DNA of 64,000 bases from Parcubacteria group bacterium (GCA_041660065.1 JBAZXC010000003.1:1495-65494), one strand, 5' to 3'. Counted from the stretch's first letter, positions 38,644 through 49,315 are shown. The notes: generated by a model from the letters alone, not told the origin. Numbers and translations: made by a program.

Positions 38644-39645
38644 GTGAAAAAAAGAATAAGAAAAATACAAGGAAGAATTCGTGTCGGAGCGTTGCTTCTA
38701 TTGGGAATCATTGTCTTGCGAGGACCATTTCCGCTGTTAATGCGATTATTGCCGCGTTTTTTTGATTATATTTTCTTTGTGTATCCAGGTAAAGAAAGTG
38801 ACATTGGAGGATATTTGCCGTATTTTCTTGCGAACAGTGCATGGTGCAGGACGCAGATTTTCTTTGGAGGTATTATCACTGCTCCGCCAGGGAAAAAGGC
38901 GGGAAGGGGTTTTTTGATTGGTTCTCCGTCCACAGTGCGCAGTATGTTGCGGTCGGAAGTGGAATGTCGCATCTTAGAGAAAAAAATGAAAAAAATTGCA
39001 GACTGCTTTTCAGTGAAGGGGATTGCGATTGCTGGAAGAGCACCATCGATATTCATGCATCACGGCATAGTCTTAGAAGATCCTTTTGTCCAAGGAGAAA
39101 AGGGGATGGTGTTTTGTACGATTGAGACTTTGTATTTTGTTGCACAAAAGCATCAAATATCTTTACAAACGGCAAATATTGCCGTATTTGGGGCTGGCCG
39201 CGTGGGAAAGAGTATTGCGGAATTTTTATCAGCAGAGGGGTACAATGTGACAAATATACGTGCACAAAGTGTTTTTGATCCAGAAGGTCGAAAATTATCA
39301 AATGACGTGAATGATATTTTGCGTGTGGCAGATATCGTGATCGTAATTTCTGCCAAAGGGTCAGATTTTCATCCGCACATGAAGTACTTGAGAGATGGCG
39401 CGATTATCATTGGTGAAACTCATCCGCCCATACAGCGTCCGTTCGAAAAAGGATCAATATATCGGGCTGGGCTCTCTTTGGAGGGATTGAGATTTGTTCC
39501 AGCGTTAGAGACATACAGCGCGACAAGTATCCCCGGTTGTGTCGTTGAGGCAATTGTATTTGCACGGTACGGAGAAATTGCAGATCAAAAAACATTTAAT
39601 AAAATGGCGCGCGCAATCGGTTTCTGCGCATGTAATGTCGTGTAA
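38644..39645 (+). CDS. NAD(P)-binding Rossmann-fold protein (acyl-ACP reductase/shikimate DH-like)
   Basis: IAVFGAGRVG, ETHPP, PGCVVEA. Confidence 0.6.
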   Translation: MKKRIRKIQGRIRVGALLLLGIIVLRGPFPLLMRLLPRFFDYIFFVYPGKESDIGGYLPYFLANSAWCRTQIFFGGIITAPPGKKAGRGFLIGSPSTVRSMLRSEVECRILEKKMKKIADCFSVKGIAIAGRAPSIFMHHGIVLEDPFVQGEKGMVFCTIETLYFVAQKHQISLQTANIAVFGAGRVGKSIAEFLSAEGYNVTNIRAQSVFDPEGRKLSNDVNDILRVADIVIVISAKGSDFHPHMKYLRDGAIIIGETHPPIQRPFEKGSIYRAGLSLEGLRFVPALETYSATSIPGCVVEAIVFARYGEIADQKTFNKMARAIGFCACNVV

Positions 39646-40031
39646 ACCTGTTGATGTATGTGCTATTGAAATTGAAGGCGAATAGCTCACCTGCCACTAT
39701 TCGCCTTATTTTATTTTCAGTCGATTTTTTTATAATGCGCATTATCAGAGGATTTTTGTTTGGGTGATTATTTTTCTTGAAAAATGGTATAATAAAAAAA
39801 TATTTTATACTATGCCAAAAATGCTGGTTTTTTTGAGCTCTGTATTTATAGGGGCGAGAATTATATTTTTTAACGGTCATCCAGTTAGTACTCGCGTTGT
39901 CTAGATAATATTTCATATTTTTATACGGGAACATTCCGTTTTAAAAAGATGGACAAAGTCCCAAAAATGTGCTAGGATGCGTAGTCCTAATATTTAGGCG
40001 AGCTTAACAAAAAAATAGAGAGGAGCTGTCT

Positions 40032-40586
40032 ATGAAAAATGCATATTTAATTGAGAGGTGGAGAAGTCTTTCACAAAAGGTGGTATTTGTAGCCAAAAGA
40101 TTTTCGATACTTAGTGTCGATTATTTACGGCCTGGCAATGAATTCTATAAGGATGTGTGTGTCAAACAAGAGCCGGATGGCGTAGGAATTTTTGCCATAA
40201 CAAAAAAACGTGAAGTTGTCATGGTAAGACACTTCAGACCCGGACCGGAAAAAATCTTGCTGGAATTGCCTGCGGGAGATGTGGACAAAGATGAAGATCC
40301 GGCAATTGCTGCAGAGAGGGAATTGCTTGAAGAAACGGGATATCGCGGCAAAGAATCATTAGCAGTCGGATCATCATTTCGCGATGCATATTCCACTGGA
40401 GTTTTTTTCTCAGTGGTAATTACAGAATGTGTGTTAGAAGAAATTCCGAAAGGACGCAAAAGACACCCTAGCCTTCGTGAAATTGTTTTGGTTCCACTCG
40501 GTGAGTTTCGGCAAATGTTAAGGAGTCAGCAAATGACAAATTCCGAAGCTGGGCTGAGAGGGTTGGATTATCTGAATCTTCTCTGA
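40032..40586 (+). CDS. NUDIX hydrolase (ADP-ribose pyrophosphatase-like)
   Basis: ELPAGDVDKDEDPAIAAERELLEETG Nudix box. Confidence 0.92.
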   Translation: MKNAYLIERWRSLSQKVVFVAKRFSILSVDYLRPGNEFYKDVCVKQEPDGVGIFAITKKREVVMVRHFRPGPEKILLELPAGDVDKDEDPAIAAERELLEETGYRGKESLAVGSSFRDAYSTGVFFSVVITECVLEEIPKGRKRHPSLREIVLVPLGEFRQMLRSQQMTNSEAGLRGLDYLNLL

Positions 40587-40618
40587 AATAGGCTTAACGA
40601 ATTTTTGTTCTTTTTGAG

Positions 40619-40654
40619 AAGGACTGCTAAAATTTTTAGCAGTCCTTTTATTTT
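40619..40654 (+). terminator. intrinsic terminator
   Basis: AAGGACTGCTAAA..TTTAGCAGTCCTT followed by T-run. Confidence 0.75.
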
Positions 40655-40785
40655 AAACGTTATATTTTAAATGGATATTACTCTCCATTGACTAAACTGT
40701 TATTGCATATTAGAATCATTAGTCAGTTCTTTTATGTTGGTTTGCACAAAAATTTAAGCATAGTCATAAAAAAGGAGGATTAACA

Positions 40786-41178
40786 ATGGATTTTGTTCCC
40801 AATAAACAATTGAGCAAAAGAGAGATCGATGATGTTTTGCAGAATCCTGACAGGCGACATAAGGATGACCCGGTGATCGATCCTGTGTTATTGACGGCGG
40901 GTGATCTTTATAAATCTCTATGGACATTGAGTTGCGCGGCTATTGTACTTGCTAGAGAGCATTTGGAGAGTCAGCCAAATACAGAAGTCCTCCTGAGGAT
41001 CTTTCAAAACTCGGGGATCAAATATGTAGGGATGGCCATACTTGCTTTTGGGGTGGATCTGGATACAATTGAAAATTTGACTCCGGAAGCCAGTCAAAGG
41101 GTTGTGCAAATGCTTTTTGAAAAAATTATTAATGCAGTGAATGAGGATCTGCTTCATTCTCATTTTTCGATTGATTAA
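40786..41178 (+). CDS. hypothetical protein
   Basis: AAGGAGG SD. Confidence 0.7.
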   Translation: MDFVPNKQLSKREIDDVLQNPDRRHKDDPVIDPVLLTAGDLYKSLWTLSCAAIVLAREHLESQPNTEVLLRIFQNSGIKYVGMAILAFGVDLDTIENLTPEASQRVVQMLFEKIINAVNEDLLHSHFSID

Positions 41179-41266
41179 ATTTTTCTATATCAACCGTTTG
41201 CGTATGCAAAAAGAAAAAGCCAAATCTTTTTTAGATCTGGCTTTTTAAGTGGTTTGCATAATGTGA

Positions 41267-41584
41267 TTATTTCGTCAAAAGATATGGACATGATGTTGAA
41301 TGTGCGCTGGCACGAAACCCCGTTGAACAAAAATCAGTGTCATCATAACTTAACTCAAACACAATTTTTTGACCAGCGATATCATAGAATTTCCATTGGA
41401 TCGTGTTAGGGCTGTATTTGGCCTTGACGTCCATTTCCCCCTTGGTAATTTTTGGTAATTCACATAATTTGTCGTGCATTACCACAATTTCTCTCGGCTC
41501 TGGATCCGGTGTTCCGAAATGCTCCAGATCTTGGATGGTGAATGTCGTCTTATCATTTTCTTTCTTTGTGCCAGTGACGCTCAT
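41267..41584 (-). CDS. hypothetical protein
   Basis: GGAGG SD before ATG at 41584. Confidence 0.6.
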   Translation of the reverse strand: MSVTGTKKENDKTTFTIQDLEHFGTPDPEPREIVVMHDKLCELPKITKGEMDVKAKYSPNTIQWKFYDIAGQKIVFELSYDDTDFCSTGFRASAHSTSCPYLLTK

Positions 41585-41766
41585 GAAATCCTCCACTAAG
41601 TGAGATTTTTGATTGTGTTTCGATTGTAAGAGAGCTTATCTAATGTTTTATTACACAATTCATATTTTGTCAAAGGTGGGACGAATGTCGTTAAAAATAA
41701 TTTTTCAAATAAAATAAAAAAACCACCAGAGGAAGTGTCTACCTCTCGTGGTTTTTGTTTTTTGAC

Positions 41767-42693
41767 TCATGTCTCGAGTGCTTCTAATGCGGCCAAACGT
41801 TTTGACATGCTCGGATGAGTTGACAACATGTCAGATGGATTTGGATCTGCGGTGCAGAGGAACCCTACAGCTGCGCCGACTTTTTCTGATCCAATCGTTG
41901 GATTTTTCACAATCTTTTGTAGGGCCGACACGAGATGTCGTGATGTTCCCATGATCTTTGAAGCTGAGGCATCCGCAGCATATTCTCTTTGGCGTGAAAC
42001 AAAAAGTTGGAGAATATATCCAAACAGACGTCCGAACAAGTACATTCCTCCACCGATGAGTAAAATTGCCAATAGCGCCAAACCGCTATCTTTTTTACTC
42101 GATGTTGGCCGATCGCTTCCTGACTGGTAAGGTCCAATCCTTAAAAGAATCCATCCGGTAAATGCCATTATCATGACGCTTATCGTCATCGCCATAGATA
42201 CAAGAATATCTCTATTGGCGATGTGGCCTATTTCATGAGCCATGACAGCTTCTAACTCTTCCTGTGTTAGATTGTCTATGATGCCTTGTGTTGCGCCCAC
42301 TGCAGAAAAAAAAGGCAGTCCCCAGCCGAATGCAAAAGCATTCATGCCACTTGTATCAACTAAGTAGATCCGCGGTGTCGGCTTTGCAATAAGTGGTGTT
42401 ACCTTGTGAACAGTATCCCACAGTCTTGGGGATTGTTCTCGTGATCTAATACGTTTTGCATGCATGGTCAGTGCGACGATAGGCTCGTTAAAAATGAGCA
42501 AAATTCCGCAAAGAAGCACAGCGCCAATAGCTCCCCAATAGAACAATCGTATTGCGCCAGGAGCAAATCTGGCAATTACCAGAAGGCATATACTCCACAT
42601 CAACGTCATTGCGATGAATGCAACAAAAAAAGATGCCCAACTCCGTACCCATGTAGAATACACCTTGTAGTTTTTTACTGTTTGATTTTTCAA
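41767..42693 (-). CDS. htpX: M48 family zinc metalloprotease HtpX
   Basis: NAFAFG, AVMAHEIGH, SRQREYAAD, STHP; TM helices. Confidence 0.92.
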   Translation of the reverse strand: MKNQTVKNYKVYSTWVRSWASFFVAFIAMTLMWSICLLVIARFAPGAIRLFYWGAIGAVLLCGILLIFNEPIVALTMHAKRIRSREQSPRLWDTVHKVTPLIAKPTPRIYLVDTSGMNAFAFGWGLPFFSAVGATQGIIDNLTQEELEAVMAHEIGHIANRDILVSMAMTISVMIMAFTGWILLRIGPYQSGSDRPTSSKKDSGLALLAILLIGGGMYLFGRLFGYILQLFVSRQREYAADASASKIMGTSRHLVSALQKIVKNPTIGSEKVGAAVGFLCTADPNPSDMLSTHPSMSKRLAALEALET

Positions 42694-43065
42694 TGTACTT
42701 TCCTCCTATTGGTTGATGGTTGTTAATTTTTTGAACAACATGGGAATATATCATAAAAAATATGTCATGTCAAGAAATAAGTGAAGGAAAATTTATATCA
42801 AATTCATTTTTTGTCATGGTCACCTACCACTCATGTGTCGATGGACTTTCCAGCGACTTTTTTATTTCTGAGCTTGACAAATACAGGATATTTGCTATGG
42901 TAAAAGGTCTGCAAAAGCCATAAAAACGGATTTTTGCAGTAGATCTTTAACATTGTGAATACGTAAAAATATTTTACAAAAGGAGACGATAAAAAGATTA
43001 AAATGTTTGAGGGTGTTTCTTGATTTGTGGGAAAAAATAAAACAATAACAACAGGGAGGAAAAAG

Positions 43066-45459
43066 ATGAAAACAACTAAACTGTTTGTTTTGGTTTGGGT
43101 GTTGATCACCGTTGGTTTTTCTGGAGTTTTTGCTGCAGATCAACAGAATGCATTAATTGTTGACAACGCAAATCTGTTTGGTGGCAAGGCTCAAGATGTA
43201 CAGAGGGCAGCACAAGCCCTCCAGAGCAAAGGAGCGGATGTTCACATTTGGACAATCAGATCTTTTGCCGGAGAGGCGAGTTCGCTCATGGAGTATGAAG
43301 AAAAACTTGAGAAAAGTTTTCCGGCGTGGCAATCAGCCAATGGCAAACGAAAGAGCAATCTTATCGTGCTGATGATGTCTCTGACGGAAAGAAAGACCGG
43401 ACTGTATTATGGCAGTGAGTTTGGGAGACCGCTCGAAAAGAATTGGATTAGAATCCAGACAGATCTCATGAATCCTAAGTTTGGACGCGGTGAATTTGCG
43501 GAAGGATTTATCGCCGGACTTGATGAAGTTACGAGACTTGTTGATGAGCACATTCATCCGTCGCAAGTTTCTCCAAGTAAGACGGTGATAGTGCAACAGC
43601 AGGCGCCGTCAAAACCCACTGACCTGACTGGTCTTTGGACTGTGATGAAGTGGTGTCTCGGTATCCTGACTGTATGTATTGTCGGATTTTTTTTAATACG
43701 GATGTTCAACAGGCGTCGGGAAGAATGGGAAAAGAAACTGCGAGCGCAACAGCGAGCAAGGATCGAGAAACAAAATGCTACTGAGAAAATCACATCGATC
43801 AGAGCGGCAATGAGTGATCTCGAGACGCTTGTGACAGCAATAACTGGCGTGATGGATGAAAAATCGGCACAATTGCTCAGGAAAAAACTCCAAAAAGCAA
43901 AGGATGCACAGGCCAAATTGGCATCTGATTTTTCTGGAACAGGAACTGCGGCAGGTGATCCTGATGTTGATGGATTGATGGATGCACAATATGCTGCTAT
44001 GGAAGATAAGTACAAAGAAGTCACCGAATCTTCCAGTGGCGCGTTGAGTTTCATTCGGGAATTGGAAGAAGAAGTAAGAACTTTTCGTGATCAAGCAATG
44101 AATGCATCAAAGACATTGGAAACTCTCAATCAAAGAGCGGAAGAAGTCAGTGGCGTAGTTACTGCTTTGATCGGTAAGGGGTTCAAGATCGATGAAGTGT
44201 CAAAGCTTCTCAACACAACCCTGAAAATTCTTCAGCAGGCCAAAGGTCACCTTGATGGGAAACAGTATGAGCAGTTTGCTGTTGTTACTAACGAGGTGGA
44301 AGGTCAGCTCAACAGTATCGAGGAGCGGGCACTGGCCATTCCTGATCTCGGGGAAACGATCGAGAAGAGGGTTATGGACATTGAAGCCAAGATCCCTGTA
44401 GTCGTCAAGATGATTGGTGATGCCAAAGAAACATTCATGATGATTACCGCGTCTTTTGTTCTACGTTCGTGGGAGGCGATCAAGGGCAATGGCTCAGAAG
44501 CGGAGAATCGTATCAAAAAGGCGACGGCAACAATTGATGTAATCAGAAAATGCATCAGTATGGATGTCCAGGACTGGTCACAGGGGCAAGATCTTGTCGA
44601 AAAGGCAGGTCAATGGCTCGGCGAGGCTGAGTCGCTCATGCGATCCGTTTTTTCGCTCAAGGAGAATCTTGAGCGAGCAAAGGCAAATGTGGCCAAAGAG
44701 GTTACAGATACCGAGAGTGATATTCAGAAAGCATGGGATTATATCAAACAATACGATGCTGACATCCGAGACAGTCTCGAGGATGATCTCCGACAGGCAG
44801 AAAAAATGATCAAGGAGGTGAAGGACGAACTCAAAAAAACAATGCCTGACTATACCACGGCTTTCAAGAGGGCACAGGAAGCCAATGCGTTGGCCGATAA
44901 GATCTATGATCAAGCGGTCGATGAGCGTGAAACAGCTGAACGTCAGCGAAGGAAATTGAGCTCTCAACAGGACAATGTTGAGAGAAAAATTTCGAAGGCA
45001 AGGGAGTATTTTGAGGATCATGACAGGGATGTCAATCCAGAATCAAGAGAACATCTTTCGTCAGCGGAAAATAATTTCCAGCGAGCGGTGAATTGTGCAG
45101 ATCTCAATCAGAGATCACAACTTATGTTTTTGGCGGAAGAAGCGGCAGATCATGCGTATAACGTCGCCAAAGACGATGTAGAAAATGCACATCGATCCCG
45201 GAATAGAAATTCTTGGGGATCGCGTCGGGAATATGAATCACGAGATAACACAGTTGTCGTTGTCGGTGGATATTCTGGTGAGCATGAAGCTCATAATGAT
45301 ACTCGTGGCAGTGGCGGAAGAACATCAAATAGTGATGAAAGTTCTGGAGGAGGTGGCGACACGACATTCAGCATTGATACCGGTGGCGGCGGAGGTGGCG
45401 ACACGACATTCAGCATTGATACCGGTGGCGGCGGAGGTGGTGGTGACACTGGTTGGTAA
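43066..45459 (+). CDS. TPM-domain membrane protein with long cytoplasmic coiled coil and Gly-rich tail
   Basis: Signal peptide, VDNANLF...MNPKF..G.FAEG, one TM, ~500-aa helical region, GGGGGGGDTGW end. Confidence 0.82.
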   Translation: MKTTKLFVLVWVLITVGFSGVFAADQQNALIVDNANLFGGKAQDVQRAAQALQSKGADVHIWTIRSFAGEASSLMEYEEKLEKSFPAWQSANGKRKSNLIVLMMSLTERKTGLYYGSEFGRPLEKNWIRIQTDLMNPKFGRGEFAEGFIAGLDEVTRLVDEHIHPSQVSPSKTVIVQQQAPSKPTDLTGLWTVMKWCLGILTVCIVGFFLIRMFNRRREEWEKKLRAQQRARIEKQNATEKITSIRAAMSDLETLVTAITGVMDEKSAQLLRKKLQKAKDAQAKLASDFSGTGTAAGDPDVDGLMDAQYAAMEDKYKEVTESSSGALSFIRELEEEVRTFRDQAMNASKTLETLNQRAEEVSGVVTALIGKGFKIDEVSKLLNTTLKILQQAKGHLDGKQYEQFAVVTNEVEGQLNSIEERALAIPDLGETIEKRVMDIEAKIPVVVKMIGDAKETFMMITASFVLRSWEAIKGNGSEAENRIKKATATIDVIRKCISMDVQDWSQGQDLVEKAGQWLGEAESLMRSVFSLKENLERAKANVAKEVTDTESDIQKAWDYIKQYDADIRDSLEDDLRQAEKMIKEVKDELKKTMPDYTTAFKRAQEANALADKIYDQAVDERETAERQRRKLSSQQDNVERKISKAREYFEDHDRDVNPESREHLSSAENNFQRAVNCADLNQRSQLMFLAEEAADHAYNVAKDDVENAHRSRNRNSWGSRREYESRDNTVVVVGGYSGEHEAHNDTRGSGGRTSNSDESSGGGGDTTFSIDTGGGGGGDTTFSIDTGGGGGGGDTGW
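45349..45440 (+). repeat. perfect 42-bp in-frame tandem repeat (2.2 copies)
   Basis: GGAGGTGGCGACACGACATTCAGCATTGATACCGGTGGCGGC x2, encoding GGGDTTFSIDTGGG. Confidence 0.9.
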
Positions 45460-45521
45460 ACGCGCTGGTCCGTTGAACAAAGGCAAATTCAATTCAAAAA
45501 AGTAAAAATGGAGGAAGTACA

Positions 45522-46220
45522 ATGATGACAATTTTTCAGAAGTTAAGAACGATCACTCTTGGTGCGGCACATGCGTTGCTTGATAAGGCCATCGATGAAA
45601 TGTCGATCCCTGCACTCAAGCAGAATCTGCGTGATATCGAAGCAGCTATCAAAACTCTTGATGAAGAGGCTGCAGAAGCAGAAGGAAGTATGGTTACCGC
45701 CAATAACAGGGCCACGGCCATTACAGCGCAGGTTGACGAGCTCAACACCAATATCGTTTTTATACTCAGTGATGGTGATGACTCAAATGACCATTTGTCC
45801 GAACCCCTTCAAGCAAGACTTACAGGTCTCGAGGTCCAGCAAAAATCTGCGCTAGCAGAAGTTGAGACCTTCAAGCAAACCATGATGGCCGTTGACCAAG
45901 TTGCATCTGCTCTTAAAGCGAAGCAACAGACGCGACTTACGCAGATCACCCTGCTCCAATCGCAGGCGAATACTGCCGAGGCCAAGAACAAAGCAGCTGA
46001 TGCGATTGAGCTGGCAAATAAGCTTGGTGGCGGAGAAATTTCTTCAGTGGATGATTTTCAGGAACGTATTGAAACGAAGTCAAATATCGCCGATGCCAGA
46101 TTGCGAAGAGCTATGGGCGACATGCAAACCGGTCTCGGTCAGGATGCGATCCTTGCCGATGCTAAAGCAAAGATTGCGGCCAGAAAAGCAAAGATTGCTG
46201 CAGACAAGGCAAAACAGTAA
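45522..46220 (+). CDS. PspA/IM30 family protein
   Basis: IFQKLRTI..G.AH.LLD amphipathic helix, LKQNLRDIE coiled coil. Confidence 0.8.
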   Translation: MMTIFQKLRTITLGAAHALLDKAIDEMSIPALKQNLRDIEAAIKTLDEEAAEAEGSMVTANNRATAITAQVDELNTNIVFILSDGDDSNDHLSEPLQARLTGLEVQQKSALAEVETFKQTMMAVDQVASALKAKQQTRLTQITLLQSQANTAEAKNKAADAIELANKLGGGEISSVDDFQERIETKSNIADARLRRAMGDMQTGLGQDAILADAKAKIAARKAKIAADKAKQ

Positions 46221-46244
46221 ATAATATGTTCAGCTGAGCATATG

Positions 46245-46283
46245 ACCTCTGGGAAGAGAAATTTTCCCAGAGGTTTTTATTTT
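46245..46283 (+). terminator. intrinsic terminator
   Basis: ACCTCTGGGAA..TTCCCAGAGGT followed by T-run. Confidence 0.75.
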
Positions 46284-46428
46284 AAAAGTTATTTTTTTAA
46301 TAAATATCATTCTCTTTACAAACAGCAAATATGTTGATAACATGGACCATTAGTTGTTTTATAATATGGTTTATTGTGGTGGAGATGTCTGTGTAGATCA
46401 AAAATCAACGAAAACAAGGAGAATGCGG

Positions 46429-46953
46429 ATGAATGAAAAAAACGGGAGTCCTATCAAGGTGGGCATTGTTATGGGGAGTGATTCTGACATAACGGAAATG
46501 AGCAAGGCAAGAGATGTTCTCGATGAATTTAATGTTCCTTATGCCGGGACAATTTGCTCGGCACATCGCACACCGGAAGACGTTCCAAAGCTCATTGACG
46601 CGTGGGAGGGACGTGGATGCAAGGTATTTATCGCCGGTGCGGGTTGGGCGGCACATCTCGCAGGAGCGTTTGCTGCCAATACAATACTGCCGGTAATCGG
46701 TGTTCCACTTTCCAGTTCCAAACTTAATGGTTTGGATGCGCTTTTGGCGACGGTGCAAATGCCTTCGGGAATACCTGTAGCAACAATCGCGATAGACTGT
46801 GCTGCCAACGCTGCGTTTCTGGCGATGGAAATTCTTGCTGTGGGCGGTGATCTTGATCTAAGAGATAAATTACTTCAGCATCGTCTTGAAATGGCAGATG
46901 GTGTGAGAGAGAAATCGAGAAAACTGAATGTCCATCAGGAATGGCCGGATTGA
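46429..46953 (+). CDS. purE: N5-carboxyaminoimidazole ribonucleotide mutase
   Basis: VGIVMGSDSD, SAHRTP, IAGAG.AAHL, LPVIGVP, VQMPSGIPVAT. Confidence 0.95.
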   Translation: MNEKNGSPIKVGIVMGSDSDITEMSKARDVLDEFNVPYAGTICSAHRTPEDVPKLIDAWEGRGCKVFIAGAGWAAHLAGAFAANTILPVIGVPLSSSKLNGLDALLATVQMPSGIPVATIAIDCAANAAFLAMEILAVGGDLDLRDKLLQHRLEMADGVREKSRKLNVHQEWPD

Positions 46954-47060
46954 TCGGTAATCTCTTACAAAATGACGTTAACGGTGTAATATATCGTTTG
47001 ACGTCATTTTTTTTTGTTTTTGGGCTCAAGTGATATACTTGAAGTGTTATAATAAAAATT

Positions 47061-47747
47061 ATGGACAGAAAAATAATAACACTCAAAAACGCATATATAT
47101 TTTTAGGCTTTGTTTTAGTAGTGACCACGGTTCTGACTCCTTTGATGGTCCGTAGTGGCATATCTTTTGTTGAGGAAGAAACGGTGGAGGTTATCATGAT
47201 CATTACTCAGTTTATCATTGGTTTTGTTATCTACAGGATGTATAGGAATGAGATGGAAGTATTGGACTATCGATCTAAAGAGGCAGTAAGACATATAGGA
47301 ACTACCAATGTTGAAATACAGAGTTTACGAAAGATCTTTGATGATGTGCAGAAATACCCAAGAAGTTCACATGAGTTTGGCAAGGTAATGGCTGATCTGA
47401 CGAAAATTGTCGCGGGAATAACAAAGGCGGATCATGTGCTATTGAGAATCATAGACATTGAGGAAGCCAGGACTGTTACTGAAAAGGAATTAAAAAACAA
47501 TGAAAGCTTGTCGCATATTGGAAACAAGGAACTTATCGATGGACTGGTCAAGGATGGTTTTTTCGTCGTCTCATCTCGTCAAGATGTTCTCAGTGTAAAG
47601 GTTTTTTGCATTTTCAATGCTGACATAAATGATCGACAAAGAGATATGCTACAACGAATCGTTGAGGAAGTGGAGATGATCTATGTACTTTTTTCTTTTT
47701 GGCGGGGGACAAAAGCGGTTGAAATACAGTCCAAACGCATCGTCTGA
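47061..47747 (+). CDS. 2-TM membrane protein
   Basis: Two N-terminal hydrophobic helices and a soluble C-terminal domain. Confidence 0.7.
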   Translation: MDRKIITLKNAYIFLGFVLVVTTVLTPLMVRSGISFVEEETVEVIMIITQFIIGFVIYRMYRNEMEVLDYRSKEAVRHIGTTNVEIQSLRKIFDDVQKYPRSSHEFGKVMADLTKIVAGITKADHVLLRIIDIEEARTVTEKELKNNESLSHIGNKELIDGLVKDGFFVVSSRQDVLSVKVFCIFNADINDRQRDMLQRIVEEVEMIYVLFSFWRGTKAVEIQSKRIV

Positions 47748-47868
47748 TATTTTTGGAGATGATATTGTAAGACCACTTGAACCTTGATGGTACAAGTCTT
47801 GACATTACAAAGTGGTGTAGAGGCATTTTTTGGTGTATGATATAATCATAAGAATTAAAAATACAACA

Positions 47869-48240
47869 ATGAATGACGCACAAATCTTTCAAATTTTTGG
47901 GATCGGATTATTCTTGATCGGTCTCGCATGGGTAATTGATGGCAAAGCGTACAAACAAACATTAAGAGATATACTAAATAACAGGGGAGTCCTTCTTCTG
48001 ATGGGACTGTTTGCTCTTATTACAGGATATCTCATTGTCGCGCTATATGATACGGACTCCATCATTGTTACCATACTTGGATGGGTAGCTCTTGTAAAAG
48101 GGTTATTTATCATCGTTATTCCTTCATTGGGGAAGAGTTTGTATGCTGCTTTAGAAAATATAAAAAAATATCTCATCATCATGCCGTGGATCGTTCTTGC
48201 TATGGGAGCGGCGTTGATCTACGCAGGATATTTCGCGTAA
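47869..48240 (+). CDS. 4-TM membrane protein
   Basis: TILGWVALVKG motif, hydrophobic throughout. Confidence 0.75.
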   Translation: MNDAQIFQIFGIGLFLIGLAWVIDGKAYKQTLRDILNNRGVLLLMGLFALITGYLIVALYDTDSIIVTILGWVALVKGLFIIVIPSLGKSLYAALENIKKYLIIMPWIVLAMGAALIYAGYFA

Positions 48241-48290
48241 GTCCTAATTTGGAAAATTTTTTACAATAGCGAAGTTAAAGGAATCAAAAG

Positions 48291-48320
48291 AAAAACACCC
48301 AATATATGTTGGGTGTTTTT
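48291..48320. terminator. bidirectional terminator
   Basis: AAAAACACCCAA..TTGGGTGTTTTT. Confidence 0.75.
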
Positions 48321-48344
48321 CTTATGTAGTTATCGTTTATGCTT

Positions 48345-48584
48345 TTATCGCAAGGCTCTTACAATGGTGATGAGTACTATCGCTCCGAGTAAGGCTACCA
48401 AGAAACTATAGAGGTTGAAGCCGGTAACTCCGCCTTCCCCCAAAAAGCTCATGAGCCATCCGCCTAAAACCGATCCCACAATGCCCAAAATAATGTCTAA
48501 GATCAAACCCTCGTTGGTCCCCATGATCATAGAGGCGATCCACCCCACAATTGCCCCAAAGACGATCCATAGAATGATTCCCAT
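48345..48584 (-). CDS. GlsB/YeaQ/YmgE family stress-response membrane protein
   Basis: WIVFGAIVGWIAS...ILGIVGSVLGG...SFLVALLGA. Confidence 0.9.
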   Translation of the reverse strand: MGIILWIVFGAIVGWIASMIMGTNEGLILDIILGIVGSVLGGWLMSFLGEGGVTGFNLYSFLVALLGAIVLITIVRALR

Positions 48585-48609
48585 ATGTATTATGTGATGA
48601 TATAAATTA

Positions 48610-48963
48610 TTATTCTTGGTCGTTCAATTTTGTTGCCGCTTCGGTCGTTGATACCGTTTTGCCCATGAGAAATAATTTGATGATGCCCACGGCCAAGAGC
48701 CAATATACCAACATCGCCAAAAGCGTTGTCCACTCAAAAATACTACCTGCAATCTTTGTGATATGAAATACGCTGAGAAATGGCGCTACGAAAAAATGCG
48801 TTATGCTATAGATAAAATTGGTAAATCCGGCAATAGGATTTGCGCCCAATAATTTCAAGACAAACCGAAAAACAAGTAATGCTTCCAGTATACTTAAAAC
48901 GTACCAAACGATTTGCGTTCCTCTGTACAATGGTTTTGTGCTTGGAGAATTTGATGAATCCAT
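48610..48963 (-). CDS. YggT-like membrane protein
   Basis: RFVLKLLGANP..GF..FIY..T..FVAPF. Confidence 0.8.
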   Translation of the reverse strand: MDSSNSPSTKPLYRGTQIVWYVLSILEALLVFRFVLKLLGANPIAGFTNFIYSITHFFVAPFLSVFHITKIAGSIFEWTTLLAMLVYWLLAVGIIKLFLMGKTVSTTEAATKLNDQE

Positions 48964-49010
48964 GTGATTATGTTAAAAATAAAAACCTTTCTTCCTCTTT
49001 GATATTTTGT

Positions 49011-49157
49011 CTACATGACGCTACGACCTTGCAACATGCGTATGACAAGCAAAATGATCGCAACGATTATCAGGATATGGAGAAGTCCACCCAGCGTGTG
49101 CGATGTGATCAGTCCCAAAATCCAGAGAAAGAACAGAGTCACAATTATTGCCCACAT
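49011..49157 (-). CDS. 48-aa lmo0937-family small membrane protein
   Basis: MWAIIVTLFFLWILGLITSHTLGGLLHILIIVAIILLVIRMLQGRSVM (not in ORF track). Confidence 0.8.
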   Translation of the reverse strand: MWAIIVTLFFLWILGLITSHTLGGLLHILIIVAIILLVIRMLQGRSVM

Positions 49158-49315
49158 AATTTGTCAAAAGTTAATTACACCGATAGTACACAAAAAAATG
49201 GCTTTTTATTTCAATTTTATGAAAGACGTCGTATGGATTGATTTTTTTGGACAGGTGTTTGAAGGTGCTGTTTTTGCGTGGTACAATGGTAGCATATAAA
49301 TACAAATACAAAGAG

